DNA of 64,000 nt, taken from Thermodesulfobium acidiphilum. Its GTDB lineage: Bacteria > Thermodesulfobiota > Thermodesulfobiia > Thermodesulfobiales > Thermodesulfobiaceae. The notes below the pieces were generated by a model that saw nothing but the letters and a program-made list of their open reading frames with translations, was not told the origin of the DNA and did not search any database. Where the stretch lies: positions 394,100 through 458,099 of the forward strand of contig NZ_CP020921.1 of assembly GCF_003057965.1 (NCBI RefSeq), in the 5' to 3' direction. Below are positions 1 to 8,836 of the stretch, in pieces; the stretch's first letter is position 1, and each line of letters opens with the position of its first letter. Position numbers and translations under genes: made by a program.

Positions 1-1392
1 AAATTCTTGTGGATCAATTAATATTAGCGCTCCAATTTGATCTTCGTATTTTACTGTTTGACAAAATTTTTCTATTTCTTTAATAAAATAATTAGTATTT
101 GGTAAATTTGTTATGGGATCGTAGAAAAGCGCCTTTTCAAGACTTTTTAAGAGTTCATCCTCCCTTTCCAATATTTTGCCGATAACAATATAATTGGTAA
201 CTTTTTCCCCTTTAAAATAAGGCATAATATTTACAAGAAAATCTTTAGGAGAGTTATCCTTGAGCCTATAACTTATTACTCCAGTATATTGCCTGTCTGA
301 AGAAAGCCTCTTGTAAATATCCTTTTTAAAGTCTTCTGATTGTTCAAAAAAACAAAAATCAATAAGATCTTTCCCGATAATTTCATTAGTTTGATATCCA
401 GAAAGTTTTTTGGCTTTATCGTTTGCATATAATATTTTAAAGTTATCGTCTACTATACATACAAATTCGAAGCTTTTGTTTACTGCAGAAAGAATAAGTT
501 GATACCACTTTTCATTTTCAACTTTTTCCAGGGCAAAAGATATGTCTAATTTTATCTGTTCCAGGAGGTGCAGGTGATCACTGTCAAACGTATTCGCAAT
601 AGTGTCGTGCAGGAGCAAAATATATTTTACCTCTCCTCTCTTTAATATTGGGATTGAACAGGCTGAAGATATGTTGAATTTGTTGAAAAAGTCATGCCAG
701 TAGTGACCTGATTCAAGTTTTGAAATCTGAGAAATCAGGCTTATCTCTTTTGTGTGATAGGCTTTTGAAACCGTGCCTGTGCCATATGGGGTGTTTGGGT
801 CTGCGCCAATCGTTAAAGATTTAAGGGCATCTTCTATCTCTTTTGTTTTGGCTTTTGTATAAATTTGTCTAAACAGCTTATTCTCATCTATATAGCCTAT
901 GGCACAATCCAGGTAACCAACCTCATCAATAGCTATTTCACAAATTTTTTCAAGAATTTCTTCCTCATCTTCAATCCTTACTATTAACTGATTTATCTGG
1001 CTTAAGGTGAGAAATAGCTTTTCAAATGACTTTTCTTTTGTTCTGTCAAGGATTAAAACCAGTCCAGAGTATTTGTTGTTATATTCTATTGTATAGGCAA
1101 AGAGAGATACAGGAATTATCGCATTAGTTCTGGATTTAAGATAGTGTTCTATATATTCAGCTGCAAAAATCTCTCCCTGGGCTTTTCTTTTTATATGCGA
1201 TTTAACTTCATCAACATCTGAAGCTACCAGCTCTATTGCACTTTTCCCAATTAGCTCTTCTTTGCTGTCATACTTTAAAATTTGTGCTATCTTGTCGTTT
1301 GCAAAAACAATTTTAGCCTCTTCTCCTTGATATATGTATACTCCAAATACAGATGAATTTAATAGGAATTGGAACGTTTGCAGGTTAGACAT
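1..1392 (-). CDS. PAS-GAF-PAS-GGDEF signalling protein (runs off the window edge)
   Basis: Not in the ORF track. ATG at 1392 behind a GGGAGGAGGA SD. Hand translation starts MSNLQTFQFLLNSSVFGVYIYQ..IVFAND (PAS-like), has a GAF-like middle, and ends FYDPITNLPN..GALILIDPQEF (start of a GGDEF domain). Confidence 0.85.
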   Translation of the reverse strand, partial: MSNLQTFQFLLNSSVFGVYIYQGEEAKIVFANDKIAQILKYDSKEELIGKSAIELVASDVDEVKSHIKRKAQGEIFAAEYIEHYLKSRTNAIIPVSLFAYTIEYNNKYSGLVLILDRTKEKSFEKLFLTLSQINQLIVRIEDEEEILEKICEIAIDEVGYLDCAIGYIDENKLFRQIYTKAKTKEIEDALKSLTIGADPNTPYGTGTVSKAYHTKEISLISQISKLESGHYWHDFFNKFNISSACSIPILKRGEVKYILLLHDTIANTFDSDHLHLLEQIKLDISFALEKVENEKWYQLILSAVNKSFEFVCIVDDNFKILYANDKAKKLSGYQTNEIIGKDLIDFCFFEQSEDFKKDIYKRLSSDRQYTGVISYRLKDNSPKDFLVNIMPYFKGEKVTNYIVIGKILEREDELLKSLEKALFYDPITNLPNTNYFIKEIEKFCQTVKYEDQIGALILIDPQEF

Positions 1393-1596
1393 GATATCCT
1401 CCTCCCTTTAAATATCTTTATACCTTAATTATCAAATTATTAACATCTACTCCCTGAAAAAAAATAATTTTTTATTATTATATTTCTTCTCTTGCTAAAT
1501 ATAAATAATGATAACTTATAAAATTTTAGCTTTAAAAAGCTTAATATATTTTGCAAATGCTATTTTTGAGGAGATTAGAGTATAAAATCTCTAAAA

Positions 1597-1638
1597 TTAT
1601 TCACAGGATATCCACAACTTATTAACAACTTATCCACA
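1597..1638 (+). promoter_or_regulatory. Cluster of four tandem DnaA boxes at 11-bp period
   Basis: TTATTCACA (1597), ATATCCACA (1608), TTATTAACA (1619), TTATCCACA (1630) versus the consensus TTWTNCACA: two perfect matches and two with one mismatch. Confidence 0.8.
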
Positions 1639-1682
1639 AAGTTTATTAGATTTAAGCCTGTTTGTAGATGAGATTAAGGAGA

Positions 1683-2099
1683 TTAGGATGATAATATTTC
1701 AATAGATTTTAGTAGCTCATCTTTTTTCTTATACACATCCCCCAGATATGACTCTTCGTGTGGAAGTTCTAATCTTAAAAGATCGTCTTTGGTTAAATTC
1801 TTTTCAAATATATATCTGTTATTCTTGAAGTCATAATAGCACAGACTGGTTTTACTCTTTAAGACTATATCTCTCATGGTGCTTTTACCTGATATATAGT
1901 TCAGTATTACTGTTTGGTTTTCACACAGAAACCACTTTTCGTATTCTTCGTCATCATCATGCCAGATTAGTGCAATAGTTGCAGTTTTGTTTACCATAAC
2001 CCTTGGTCCATAGTACCAGACCAGGATTTCAAAGTTATTCTCTAAAAGGACATCCCCTTCTTTATTTTCTATTTTTATTTTATAATCAAACACCAGCAT
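1683..2099 (-). CDS. Hypothetical protein (138 aa)
   Basis: ORF with GAGGG directly upstream; no recognised motif. Confidence 0.6.
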   Translation of the reverse strand: MLVFDYKIKIENKEGDVLLENNFEILVWYYGPRVMVNKTATIALIWHDDDEEYEKWFLCENQTVILNYISGKSTMRDIVLKSKTSLCYYDFKNNRYIFEKNLTKDDLLRLELPHEESYLGDVYKKKDELLKSIEILSS

Positions 2100-2190
2100 C
2101 CCTCTTTAATTTAATTAGTTTATTTAATAAAATTTAAAAATTTGAGTTTGGGTTTTCTTGTAGAGCAAAGCCTGTAAAATTATTTATTAT

Positions 2191-2712
2191 TTAGAACATA
2201 CCCCTTATTTCATTTAAGCTTTGAACCTTTATAGTCGCTTTAAGTATGTTTCTTAACTTCTCCCTATCTTTTGTTTTTTTCACCATTAATTTATATCTCT
2301 TGGGACTTTATCGAATTTGGCTTCAATGGCATCTAAAAGTAAATCCTGGGCGTCAATAATCATACCCTCTTCTCTTCCCTTTTCTATCCACTTCTCAATT
2401 ACAGGTGCCATCTTATCACCTCCTACAGTAGAGTCTAATATAGCTTTCATTTCCTCTTCTTCTAGATCATTTACATTTTATCCCAATTCGTTTTTCCATG
2501 ATAGAAAACTACTGGAATAAACTGAACTTGTCTAAATTAAACCCCTTATACTTCTTTGAAATCTTTTCTGTGTTTATAGGTTTTATTGTATCAAAGTCCA
2601 GTTGTTTTAAAATCTCTTTTGGCAAAGAGAATTCTACAAAGCCCTTTGAATTCTCAATATTTGAGGTTATCTGTTTAAAGAATTTATCGTGTATTTGTTG
2701 TATGTCTTCCAT
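2191..2712 (-). pseudogene. Rpn/YhgA-like (Transposase_31, PD-(D/E)xK) pseudogene with internal deletions and frameshifts
   Basis: Fragments in family order but different frames: MEDIQQIHDKFFKQ..LPKEILKQLDFDT; VIPVVFYHGKTNW; GGDKMAPVIEKWIEKGREEG..EAKFDKVP; KLRNILKATIKVQSLNEIRGMF*. Confidence 0.8.
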
Positions 2713-2767
2713 AAATTGATTTAAACACAAGAATAGGGAAGTGTCAAATAGGGGAGTTCTTTAGTTT

Positions 2768-2872
2768 TAATTGTCTGACAATTATTAAAATTACTTAATT
2801 TAAGCGATAATTTTAATTATGTCAGAAGTGCTTGACAAGTCTGACAATTATATGTATTATTGTCAGACATAC
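2768..2872 (+). promoter_or_regulatory. Sigma70 promoter of the cbb operon with repeated TGTC-W-GACA operators
   Basis: TTGACA (2832-2837), 17-bp spacer, TATTAT (2855-2860). Perfect palindrome TAATTGTCTGACAATTA at 2768-2784; further copies AGTCTGACAATTA (2838-2850) and TATTGTCAGACATA (about 2858-2871). Confidence 0.8.
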
Positions 2873-2891
2873 TTATGAAAGGAGGTTGGCA

Positions 2892-3035
2892 ATGGCGGAT
2901 GGGATTAGTTTTCTTTTCCTGGGTTTAGAGGCTTTTTTGTTTTTTGAGTTTAATCTCAGGTTGTATGACATTGTCAACCTGGATTACTCCCCTAAAAAAT
3001 CTTTGGAGGTGAAAGAGCTATGCAAATTTTTTTAG
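2892..3035 (+). CDS. Putative 47-aa Phe-rich small protein or leader peptide overlapping the tal start
   Basis: AAAGGAGG SD just upstream of ATG 2892; [47 protein letters not shown]. Confidence 0.4.
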   Translation: MADGISFLFLGLEAFLFFEFNLRLYDIVNLDYSPKKSLEVKELCKFF

Positions 3036-3673
3036 ATACTGCGAAAATTGACGAAATTAGAAAATTAGTTCCTACTGGTGTGGTAGATGGTGTTACCACG
3101 AATCCATCACTGCTTGCAAAGGCTGGTTGTAAAGACATTAAAGGTGCAATAAAGGAAATTTGTGCTCTGGTAAAAGAGCCTGTTAGCGTAGAGGTTATAG
3201 GGACTCAAGCAGATCAGATGATAAAAGAAGCAAGAGAATATTCATCCTGGAAGCTAAATACTGCTGTAAAGATCCCTATGACGGAAGAAGGCTTAAAGGC
3301 TGTAAGCGTTTTGTCAAAAGAAGGCATTAAGACGAACGTTACGCTCATTTTTTCAACTAGCCAGGGACTTCTTGCAGCTAAAGCAGGTGCGACCTTTGTG
3401 AGCCCATTTGTTGGCAGGTTGGATGACATATCCCATAACGGTCTGGAAGTGGTAAGAGACCTGGCACATATATTTAAGATTTATGGGATAAATACAAGAA
3501 TTATTGCAGCCAGCATCAGACATCCTATTCACGTAGTAGAATCTGCGAAAGCGGGAGCTCACATCGCCACAATCCCCACTAAGGTTTTAGAGGCTATGTT
3601 TAGACACCCGCTGACTGACATAGGGATTGAGAAATTTTTAAGCGATTGGAAAGGGCTTCAGGAATCAAAATAG
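3020..3673 (+). CDS. tal: Transaldolase (short TalC/FSA family)
   Basis: [13 protein letters not shown] and VKIP (Schiff-base Lys). PVSVEV (Glu) and SPFVGR (Phe) are the transaldolase-type rather than FSA-type residues. Confidence 0.93.
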   Translation: MQIFLDTAKIDEIRKLVPTGVVDGVTTNPSLLAKAGCKDIKGAIKEICALVKEPVSVEVIGTQADQMIKEAREYSSWKLNTAVKIPMTEEGLKAVSVLSKEGIKTNVTLIFSTSQGLLAAKAGATFVSPFVGRLDDISHNGLEVVRDLAHIFKIYGINTRIIAASIRHPIHVVESAKAGAHIATIPTKVLEAMFRHPLTDIGIEKFLSDWKGLQESK

Positions 3674-3707
3674 TTTAGAAGTAAAAAAATAATAATGAGG
3701 TGAAATT

Positions 3708-4997
3708 ATGAGCAATAAATTAAATATTAAATATACAAATTTTTTGGATTTTGACTACGTTCCGAAAAAAAATGATGTGCTGGCTGCCTTTTACGTGGAA
3801 CCTGCTCCAGGGACAGACATTAAAGAGGCTGCTGGAGCTGTGGCATCTGAGTCATCTATAGGTACATGGACAGATCTTGCTACTATGAAACAAAGTATTT
3901 GGGATGAATTGAGAGCAAGAGTTTATTCTATAGAAGGCGATGTTGTAAGGATAGCATATCCAGACGTGCTCTTTGAAGCAGCTAATCTTCCTCAGTTTTT
4001 AAGTAGCATTGCGGGAAACGTCTTTGGAATGAAAGCAGTAGAAAATTTAAGGTTGTTAGACATCGTTCTCACACAAAAATTTTTGGATGAGTTAAATGGA
4101 CCTGCTTTTGGAGTAGAGGGCGTAAGAGAGGTATTGAACGTCAAGGACAGACCCTTGGTTGGAACTATTGTTAAGCCAAAGTTAGGGCTTGATCCAAAGG
4201 AGCAGGCAAAGGTAGTATATGAATCTCTTGTTGGTGGTTTAGATCTGGTAAAGGATGATGAAAACCTCACTCATCAAGATTTTTCTAATTTTGATGAGAG
4301 GGTAAAATATTCGCTCGATGCGGTTAGGCGCGCTGAAAAAGAGACTGGTGAGAAAAAGGCATATCTGCCAAACGTTACAGCTCCCACAGAGGAGATGTTA
4401 AGAAGAGCTACTCTGGTTAAACAAGAAGGTGGAAAGTATGCGATGGTGGACGTAATAACCACAGGTTTCGCAGGGGTTCAAAGTCTCAGGAATGCAAATA
4501 CAGGGCTGATACTACATGCTCACAGGGCTATGTATGCAAGCTTTGCAAGAAGCAAAAAACACGGCATTCACATGTTAGTTCTCTCAAAGCTTTTGAGATT
4601 TGCAGGAGTGGACCAGCTTCATATTGGCACTGTAGTAGGAAAAATGGAAGGAGATAGGGATGACGTATTGGTGTGTCATGAAGCTTTGGGTTCTAGCAGT
4701 GAAATGAAAGTGAAAACATATTTGCCACATCAAGAATGGGGCAATATGAAGAGCGTTTTTTCTGTAGCATCTGGTGGGCTTCACCCAGGCCATACAGCTG
4801 ATCTTTATAAAATATTTGGGAAAAATGCTATTTTTCAATATGGCGGAGGAGTTCACGGACATCCAGAAGGAACCAGAATGGGTGCAAGGGCTGTAAGGGA
4901 TGCAGTTGAGTGTGCTGTTAAGGGAATAACTTTGAAAGAAGGGGCAAAGAGCAGCAAGGCGCTTGAAATTGCCCTATCAAAATGGGGAGGTGCATAA
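3708..4997 (+). CDS. rbcL: RubisCO large subunit, form III
   Basis: ESSIGTW, GNVFGMK, KPKLG, DLVKDDE, HAHRA, LHIGT, GKMEG, SGGLHPG, GGGVHGHP; 429 aa; no rbcS nearby. Confidence 0.95.
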   Translation: MSNKLNIKYTNFLDFDYVPKKNDVLAAFYVEPAPGTDIKEAAGAVASESSIGTWTDLATMKQSIWDELRARVYSIEGDVVRIAYPDVLFEAANLPQFLSSIAGNVFGMKAVENLRLLDIVLTQKFLDELNGPAFGVEGVREVLNVKDRPLVGTIVKPKLGLDPKEQAKVVYESLVGGLDLVKDDENLTHQDFSNFDERVKYSLDAVRRAEKETGEKKAYLPNVTAPTEEMLRRATLVKQEGGKYAMVDVITTGFAGVQSLRNANTGLILHAHRAMYASFARSKKHGIHMLVLSKLLRFAGVDQLHIGTVVGKMEGDRDDVLVCHEALGSSSEMKVKTYLPHQEWGNMKSVFSVASGGLHPGHTADLYKIFGKNAIFQYGGGVHGHPEGTRMGARAVRDAVECAVKGITLKEGAKSSKALEIALSKWGGA

Positions 4998-4998
4998 A

Positions 4999-5895
4999 AT
5001 GAGCGTCGATCCTGTATTTATAGGCATAGCTGGGGATAGCGGTGCTGGAAAGAGCACATTTGTAAAAGATATAGCCACTCTTTTGGGTAGAGATAAGGTA
5101 AGAACTATATCTTTTGACGATTATCACTCTCTTGATAGGGTTGAGAGAAAGGCTATAGGGATTACTCCTCTTCATCCCAGGGCAAACAATCTCGGCCTTG
5201 CAATCGAGCACCTCTTTTTGCTTAAACAAGGGAAAAAGGTCTTAAAGCCCGTTTACGATCACTCTACAGGCAGTTTTGGAGATCCTGAGTGGGTGGTTCC
5301 TGTGCCTTATATAATATGTGAAGGTCTGCATCCATTTTTCTTTAGGTCTCTTGCAGAACTCTATGATATGAAGGTTTACTACGATACCCAGATGGATTTG
5401 AAATTCAACTGGAAGGTAAAAAGGGATACAGCAGAAAGAGGATATACAGTAGAACAGGTAGCAAAAGAGATCAGGCTCAGACAAAGAGATATTAGGAACT
5501 TTGTAGAGCCACAATGTGCTCTTGCGGATATAATAATCAAATTAAAGATTTCAAAAACTAGCTCTTCTGCAATTGGAGTGGACTGGAAGGAACCAGTCGA
5601 TGATCCCTGGTTAAAGAAGTATTTGAAATCGTGTAATTTTGATGATTGGAAGTGTTTTAACGAGTGGTATGCGGGTAGAAAGATGAACGTTTTTGGAATA
5701 CAAAGCGATTTAACTCAGGATCAGTTGAAAGAATTAAGTTCTATATTCTCTATAAGTCAAGATGTTCTTTCTAAGGTTAAGGAAAAGGAAGTAGTACCAT
5801 ATCGAACTATGTTAGTTTTGTTTGCTACCAGAATCAAGCAAATTAGGGCATCAAAGGACAAAGAAGAAAAGGTGGTGTTCAAAGATGCCGTTTAG
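4999..5895 (+). CDS. prk: Phosphoribulokinase
   Basis: [14 protein letters not shown]-loop, [29 protein letters not shown]; start at ATG 4999, right after rbcL. Confidence 0.93.
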   Translation: MSVDPVFIGIAGDSGAGKSTFVKDIATLLGRDKVRTISFDDYHSLDRVERKAIGITPLHPRANNLGLAIEHLFLLKQGKKVLKPVYDHSTGSFGDPEWVVPVPYIICEGLHPFFFRSLAELYDMKVYYDTQMDLKFNWKVKRDTAERGYTVEQVAKEIRLRQRDIRNFVEPQCALADIIIKLKISKTSSSAIGVDWKEPVDDPWLKKYLKSCNFDDWKCFNEWYAGRKMNVFGIQSDLTQDQLKELSSIFSISQDVLSKVKEKEVVPYRTMLVLFATRIKQIRASKDKEEKVVFKDAV

Positions 5896-6766
5896 CAGGA
5901 TTGTATATAAGCCTGAATATGATGAGCTTGAGAAAAAGGCTTTGATTATCAGAAAAAATATAGTAAAAATGATTGGCAAAGCTGGATCAGGCCATCCAGG
6001 TGGTTCTCTTTCATGCGTAGATATATTAACTGCGCTATATTTCAGGATTTTGAGAATTAGTCCAAAATATCCGAAAGATCCTGAAAGGGATAGGTTTGTT
6101 CTGTCAAAGGGTCATGCTGCTCCGGCCTTGTATGCTACCCTTGCTGAAACAGGATTTATTCCATATGAATGGTTGGATGATTTAAGAGTGTTAGGGTCTC
6201 CTCTTCAAGGGCACCCTGATATGAAAAAAGTTCCCGGAGTTGAGATGTCTACAGGCTCTCTGGGACAGGGATTGAGCGTAGGAGTCGGCATGGCTCTTTC
6301 TGCAAAGATTTTAGAAAGTGGATATAGAGTTTTTGTGCTTCTTGGAGATGGAGAGTGTCAGGAAGGTCAGGTGTGGGAGGCCGCTATGGCTGCCTCTCAT
6401 TTCAAGCTTACAAATATTGTGGCAATTGTAGATAGAAATAGATTGCAAATTGATGGCTGCACAGAAGACGTTATGGGAGTTGAACCCTTAGGGGCAAAAT
6501 GGAAGGCTTTTGGTTGGACTGTGATAGAAGTAGACGGTCATGATTTTCTCGAATTAATACCTGCTCTTGAAGCTATATCTTACACTTCAAAGCCTACTGC
6601 AATAATTGCCAATACGGTAAAGGGCAAAGGTGTATGCTTTATGGAGAACAACGTAGATTGGCACGGAAAGGCTCCAAAACCAGATCAATTAGAAGAAGCT
6701 CTGAAGGGCTTTGAAGGGGTTGAGTTTATGGAATCTGAGGACGTAGAGATAGATTCCAAAAATTAA
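5885..6766 (+). CDS. Transketolase, N-terminal (TPP-binding) subunit
   Basis: [38 protein letters not shown]. Confidence 0.93.
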   Translation: MPFSRIVYKPEYDELEKKALIIRKNIVKMIGKAGSGHPGGSLSCVDILTALYFRILRISPKYPKDPERDRFVLSKGHAAPALYATLAETGFIPYEWLDDLRVLGSPLQGHPDMKKVPGVEMSTGSLGQGLSVGVGMALSAKILESGYRVFVLLGDGECQEGQVWEAAMAASHFKLTNIVAIVDRNRLQIDGCTEDVMGVEPLGAKWKAFGWTVIEVDGHDFLELIPALEAISYTSKPTAIIANTVKGKGVCFMENNVDWHGKAPKPDQLEEALKGFEGVEFMESEDVEIDSKN

Positions 6767-6797
6767 GGAATTAAGAAAATGAAAGGAGATGTTCTGT

Positions 6798-7850
6798 GTG
6801 GCCATTGTATCTGATAGGGAGATTGCTACAAGAGAGGCATATGGTAAGGCTTTGGTAGAACTTGGCAGACAAAATAACAATGTGGTGGTTCTTGACGCTG
6901 ATCTGGCTAAGTCTACCCAAACTATAAAGTTTGCAAAGGAATTTCCAGATAGATTTTTTGACGTTGGGATTGCGGAGGCAAATATGATAGGGATTGGAGC
7001 AGGATTAGCTGCTTGTGGAATGGTGGTTTTTTGTTCTTCCTTTGCAATATTTGCTACGCAAAGGGTATTGAATCAGATCTTTCAATCTGTGGCATACCCT
7101 GGTCTAAACGTAAAAATTGCTGCAAGCCATGCCGGAATCAGCGTTGGAGAGGATGGAGCTACCCATCAGTCGGTTGATGATATCTCAATTATGAGATCTA
7201 TACCAAATATGACAATTGTTGTTCCTGCTGACGCACATGAGGCTTATGAGGCTACCTTTGCAGCTGCAAACTTTGAAGGACCCGTTTATCTAAGGCTTAG
7301 CAGGATGGCAACCCCCGTAGTTACCCCTCCAGGAAAGCCGTTTGAAATTGGAAAGGCCATTGTGCTAAGAGAGGGAAAGGATATCACTATAGCAGCCTGT
7401 GGAATAATGGTTTATGAAGCTCTTGGCGCTGCAGAGAGACTTTCAGGACTTGGAGTAGAAGCTGAGGTAATCAATTACAATACAATTAAACCCTTTGACA
7501 AAGATACTCTTGTGGACTCGTTAATAAAGACTAGGGCTGTTTTAAGCGTTGAAGAGCATAGCATAATAGGTGGCTTGGGAAGCGCAATTGCAGAATGTGT
7601 GGCAGAAGAATTCCCTGTAGCTATGGCAAGAGTGGGTATAAGGGATCAATTTGGTCAATCTGGCAAAAGTTTAGATCTTTTAAAGCACTATCAGCTTACT
7701 TCAGAGGATATAGCAAAGGAAGCGCTGAAACTTTTGGAAACTAAAAGAAAGGCAAACGAGATATATGAGATTTCAGCTTCAACAAAAAGTAACTTTGAAC
7801 CCTTAGGCCCAGAAGTTGAGGGAGGGATGTCAGATGAAGGTAGCAATTAA
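6798..7850 (+). CDS. Transketolase, C-terminal subunit
   Basis: ATREAYG, DADL, GIAEANM, GEDGATHQ, VEEHSIIGGLG; GTG 6798 is better spaced from the AAGGAG SD than ATG 6789. Confidence 0.93.
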   Translation: MAIVSDREIATREAYGKALVELGRQNNNVVVLDADLAKSTQTIKFAKEFPDRFFDVGIAEANMIGIGAGLAACGMVVFCSSFAIFATQRVLNQIFQSVAYPGLNVKIAASHAGISVGEDGATHQSVDDISIMRSIPNMTIVVPADAHEAYEATFAAANFEGPVYLRLSRMATPVVTPPGKPFEIGKAIVLREGKDITIAACGIMVYEALGAAERLSGLGVEAEVINYNTIKPFDKDTLVDSLIKTRAVLSVEEHSIIGGLGSAIAECVAEEFPVAMARVGIRDQFGQSGKSLDLLKHYQLTSEDIAKEALKLLETKRKANEIYEISASTKSNFEPLGPEVEGGMSDEGSN

Positions 7851-8835
7851 CGGTTTTGGAAGAATTGGTCGTTTGGTGGCCAGAATTTCAAGTGATTATA
7901 AAGATATAGACATTGTTGCAATAAACAGTTCAAAAAATACTGCTATGCTGGCTAATTTGTTAAAACACGATTCTATATATAGAGACTTTGATAAGAAAGT
8001 AAGTTATGATAGCGATTCGCTTTATATCAACGATAAAAAAATTCTTGTCTTTGAAGAAAGAACTGATATCTCTAAACTTCCATGGAAAGATCTGGATATT
8101 GAGATAGTAGTAGAGTCTACTGGTAAATTTACAAAAAAAGAAGATGCGTACAAGCACATAATTGCAGGTTGTAAAAAGGTGCTTATTAGTGCGCCAAGTA
8201 AAGACGCTGATTGTATGGTTGTCTATGGCGTAAACCATAAAGACATACTGCCTTCCTTTGAAGTAATATCTGCAGCTTCGTGCACTACCAATTGTCTTGC
8301 TCCGGTTTGCAAGGTTTTAAACGATGAGTTTGGAATTGAAAAGGGTACTATGACTACAGTTCACGCATATACGTCGGATCAAAGACTATTAGACGGCACG
8401 CACAAAAAGGATCCAAGAAGGGCAAGAGCTGCAGCTATAAACATGGTACCAACTTCTACAGGGGCTGCAAGGGCTATTGGAAAGATATTCCCTGAGCTTG
8501 AAGGGAAGCTTGACGGAATATCTTTGAGAGTGCCAGTTCCTACGGCTTCTATAGTTGATTTGTCTGTGAATCTCAAAAAGAACCCTGAAATAGCGGATAT
8601 AAATGAAGCGTTTAAGGGCTATTCAAATGACTCAATGAAAGGCATTTTATACTATTCACAAGAGCCTCTAGTATCAAGTGACATTATAGGCAGCAGATAT
8701 TCTTCTATTGTGGATGGACTTTTAATATCAAAAATTCAAGACATTTATAAGGTATTTTCCTGGTATGACAACGAATTTGGTTATGCCAGTAGAATTGTTG
8801 ATTTGATCAGATTTTTGTCAGGGGGAGGGGACTGA
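7834..8835 (+). CDS. gap: Glyceraldehyde-3-phosphate dehydrogenase, type I
   Basis: INGFGRIGR, ASCTTNCL, WYDNEFGY. Confidence 0.95.
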   Translation: MKVAINGFGRIGRLVARISSDYKDIDIVAINSSKNTAMLANLLKHDSIYRDFDKKVSYDSDSLYINDKKILVFEERTDISKLPWKDLDIEIVVESTGKFTKKEDAYKHIIAGCKKVLISAPSKDADCMVVYGVNHKDILPSFEVISAASCTTNCLAPVCKVLNDEFGIEKGTMTTVHAYTSDQRLLDGTHKKDPRRARAAAINMVPTSTGAARAIGKIFPELEGKLDGISLRVPVPTASIVDLSVNLKKNPEIADINEAFKGYSNDSMKGILYYSQEPLVSSDIIGSRYSSIVDGLLISKIQDIYKVFSWYDNEFGYASRIVDLIRFLSGGGD

Positions 8836-8836
8836 A

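Noticed and set aside
3020-3673. Fructose-6-phosphate aldolase call
   Set aside because: It has the Glu/Phe pair of transaldolases, not the Gln/Tyr pair of FSA.
3708-4997. RubisCO-like protein (form IV) call
   Set aside because: Catalytic motifs including loop-6 GKM and GNVFGMK are present and prk is adjacent.
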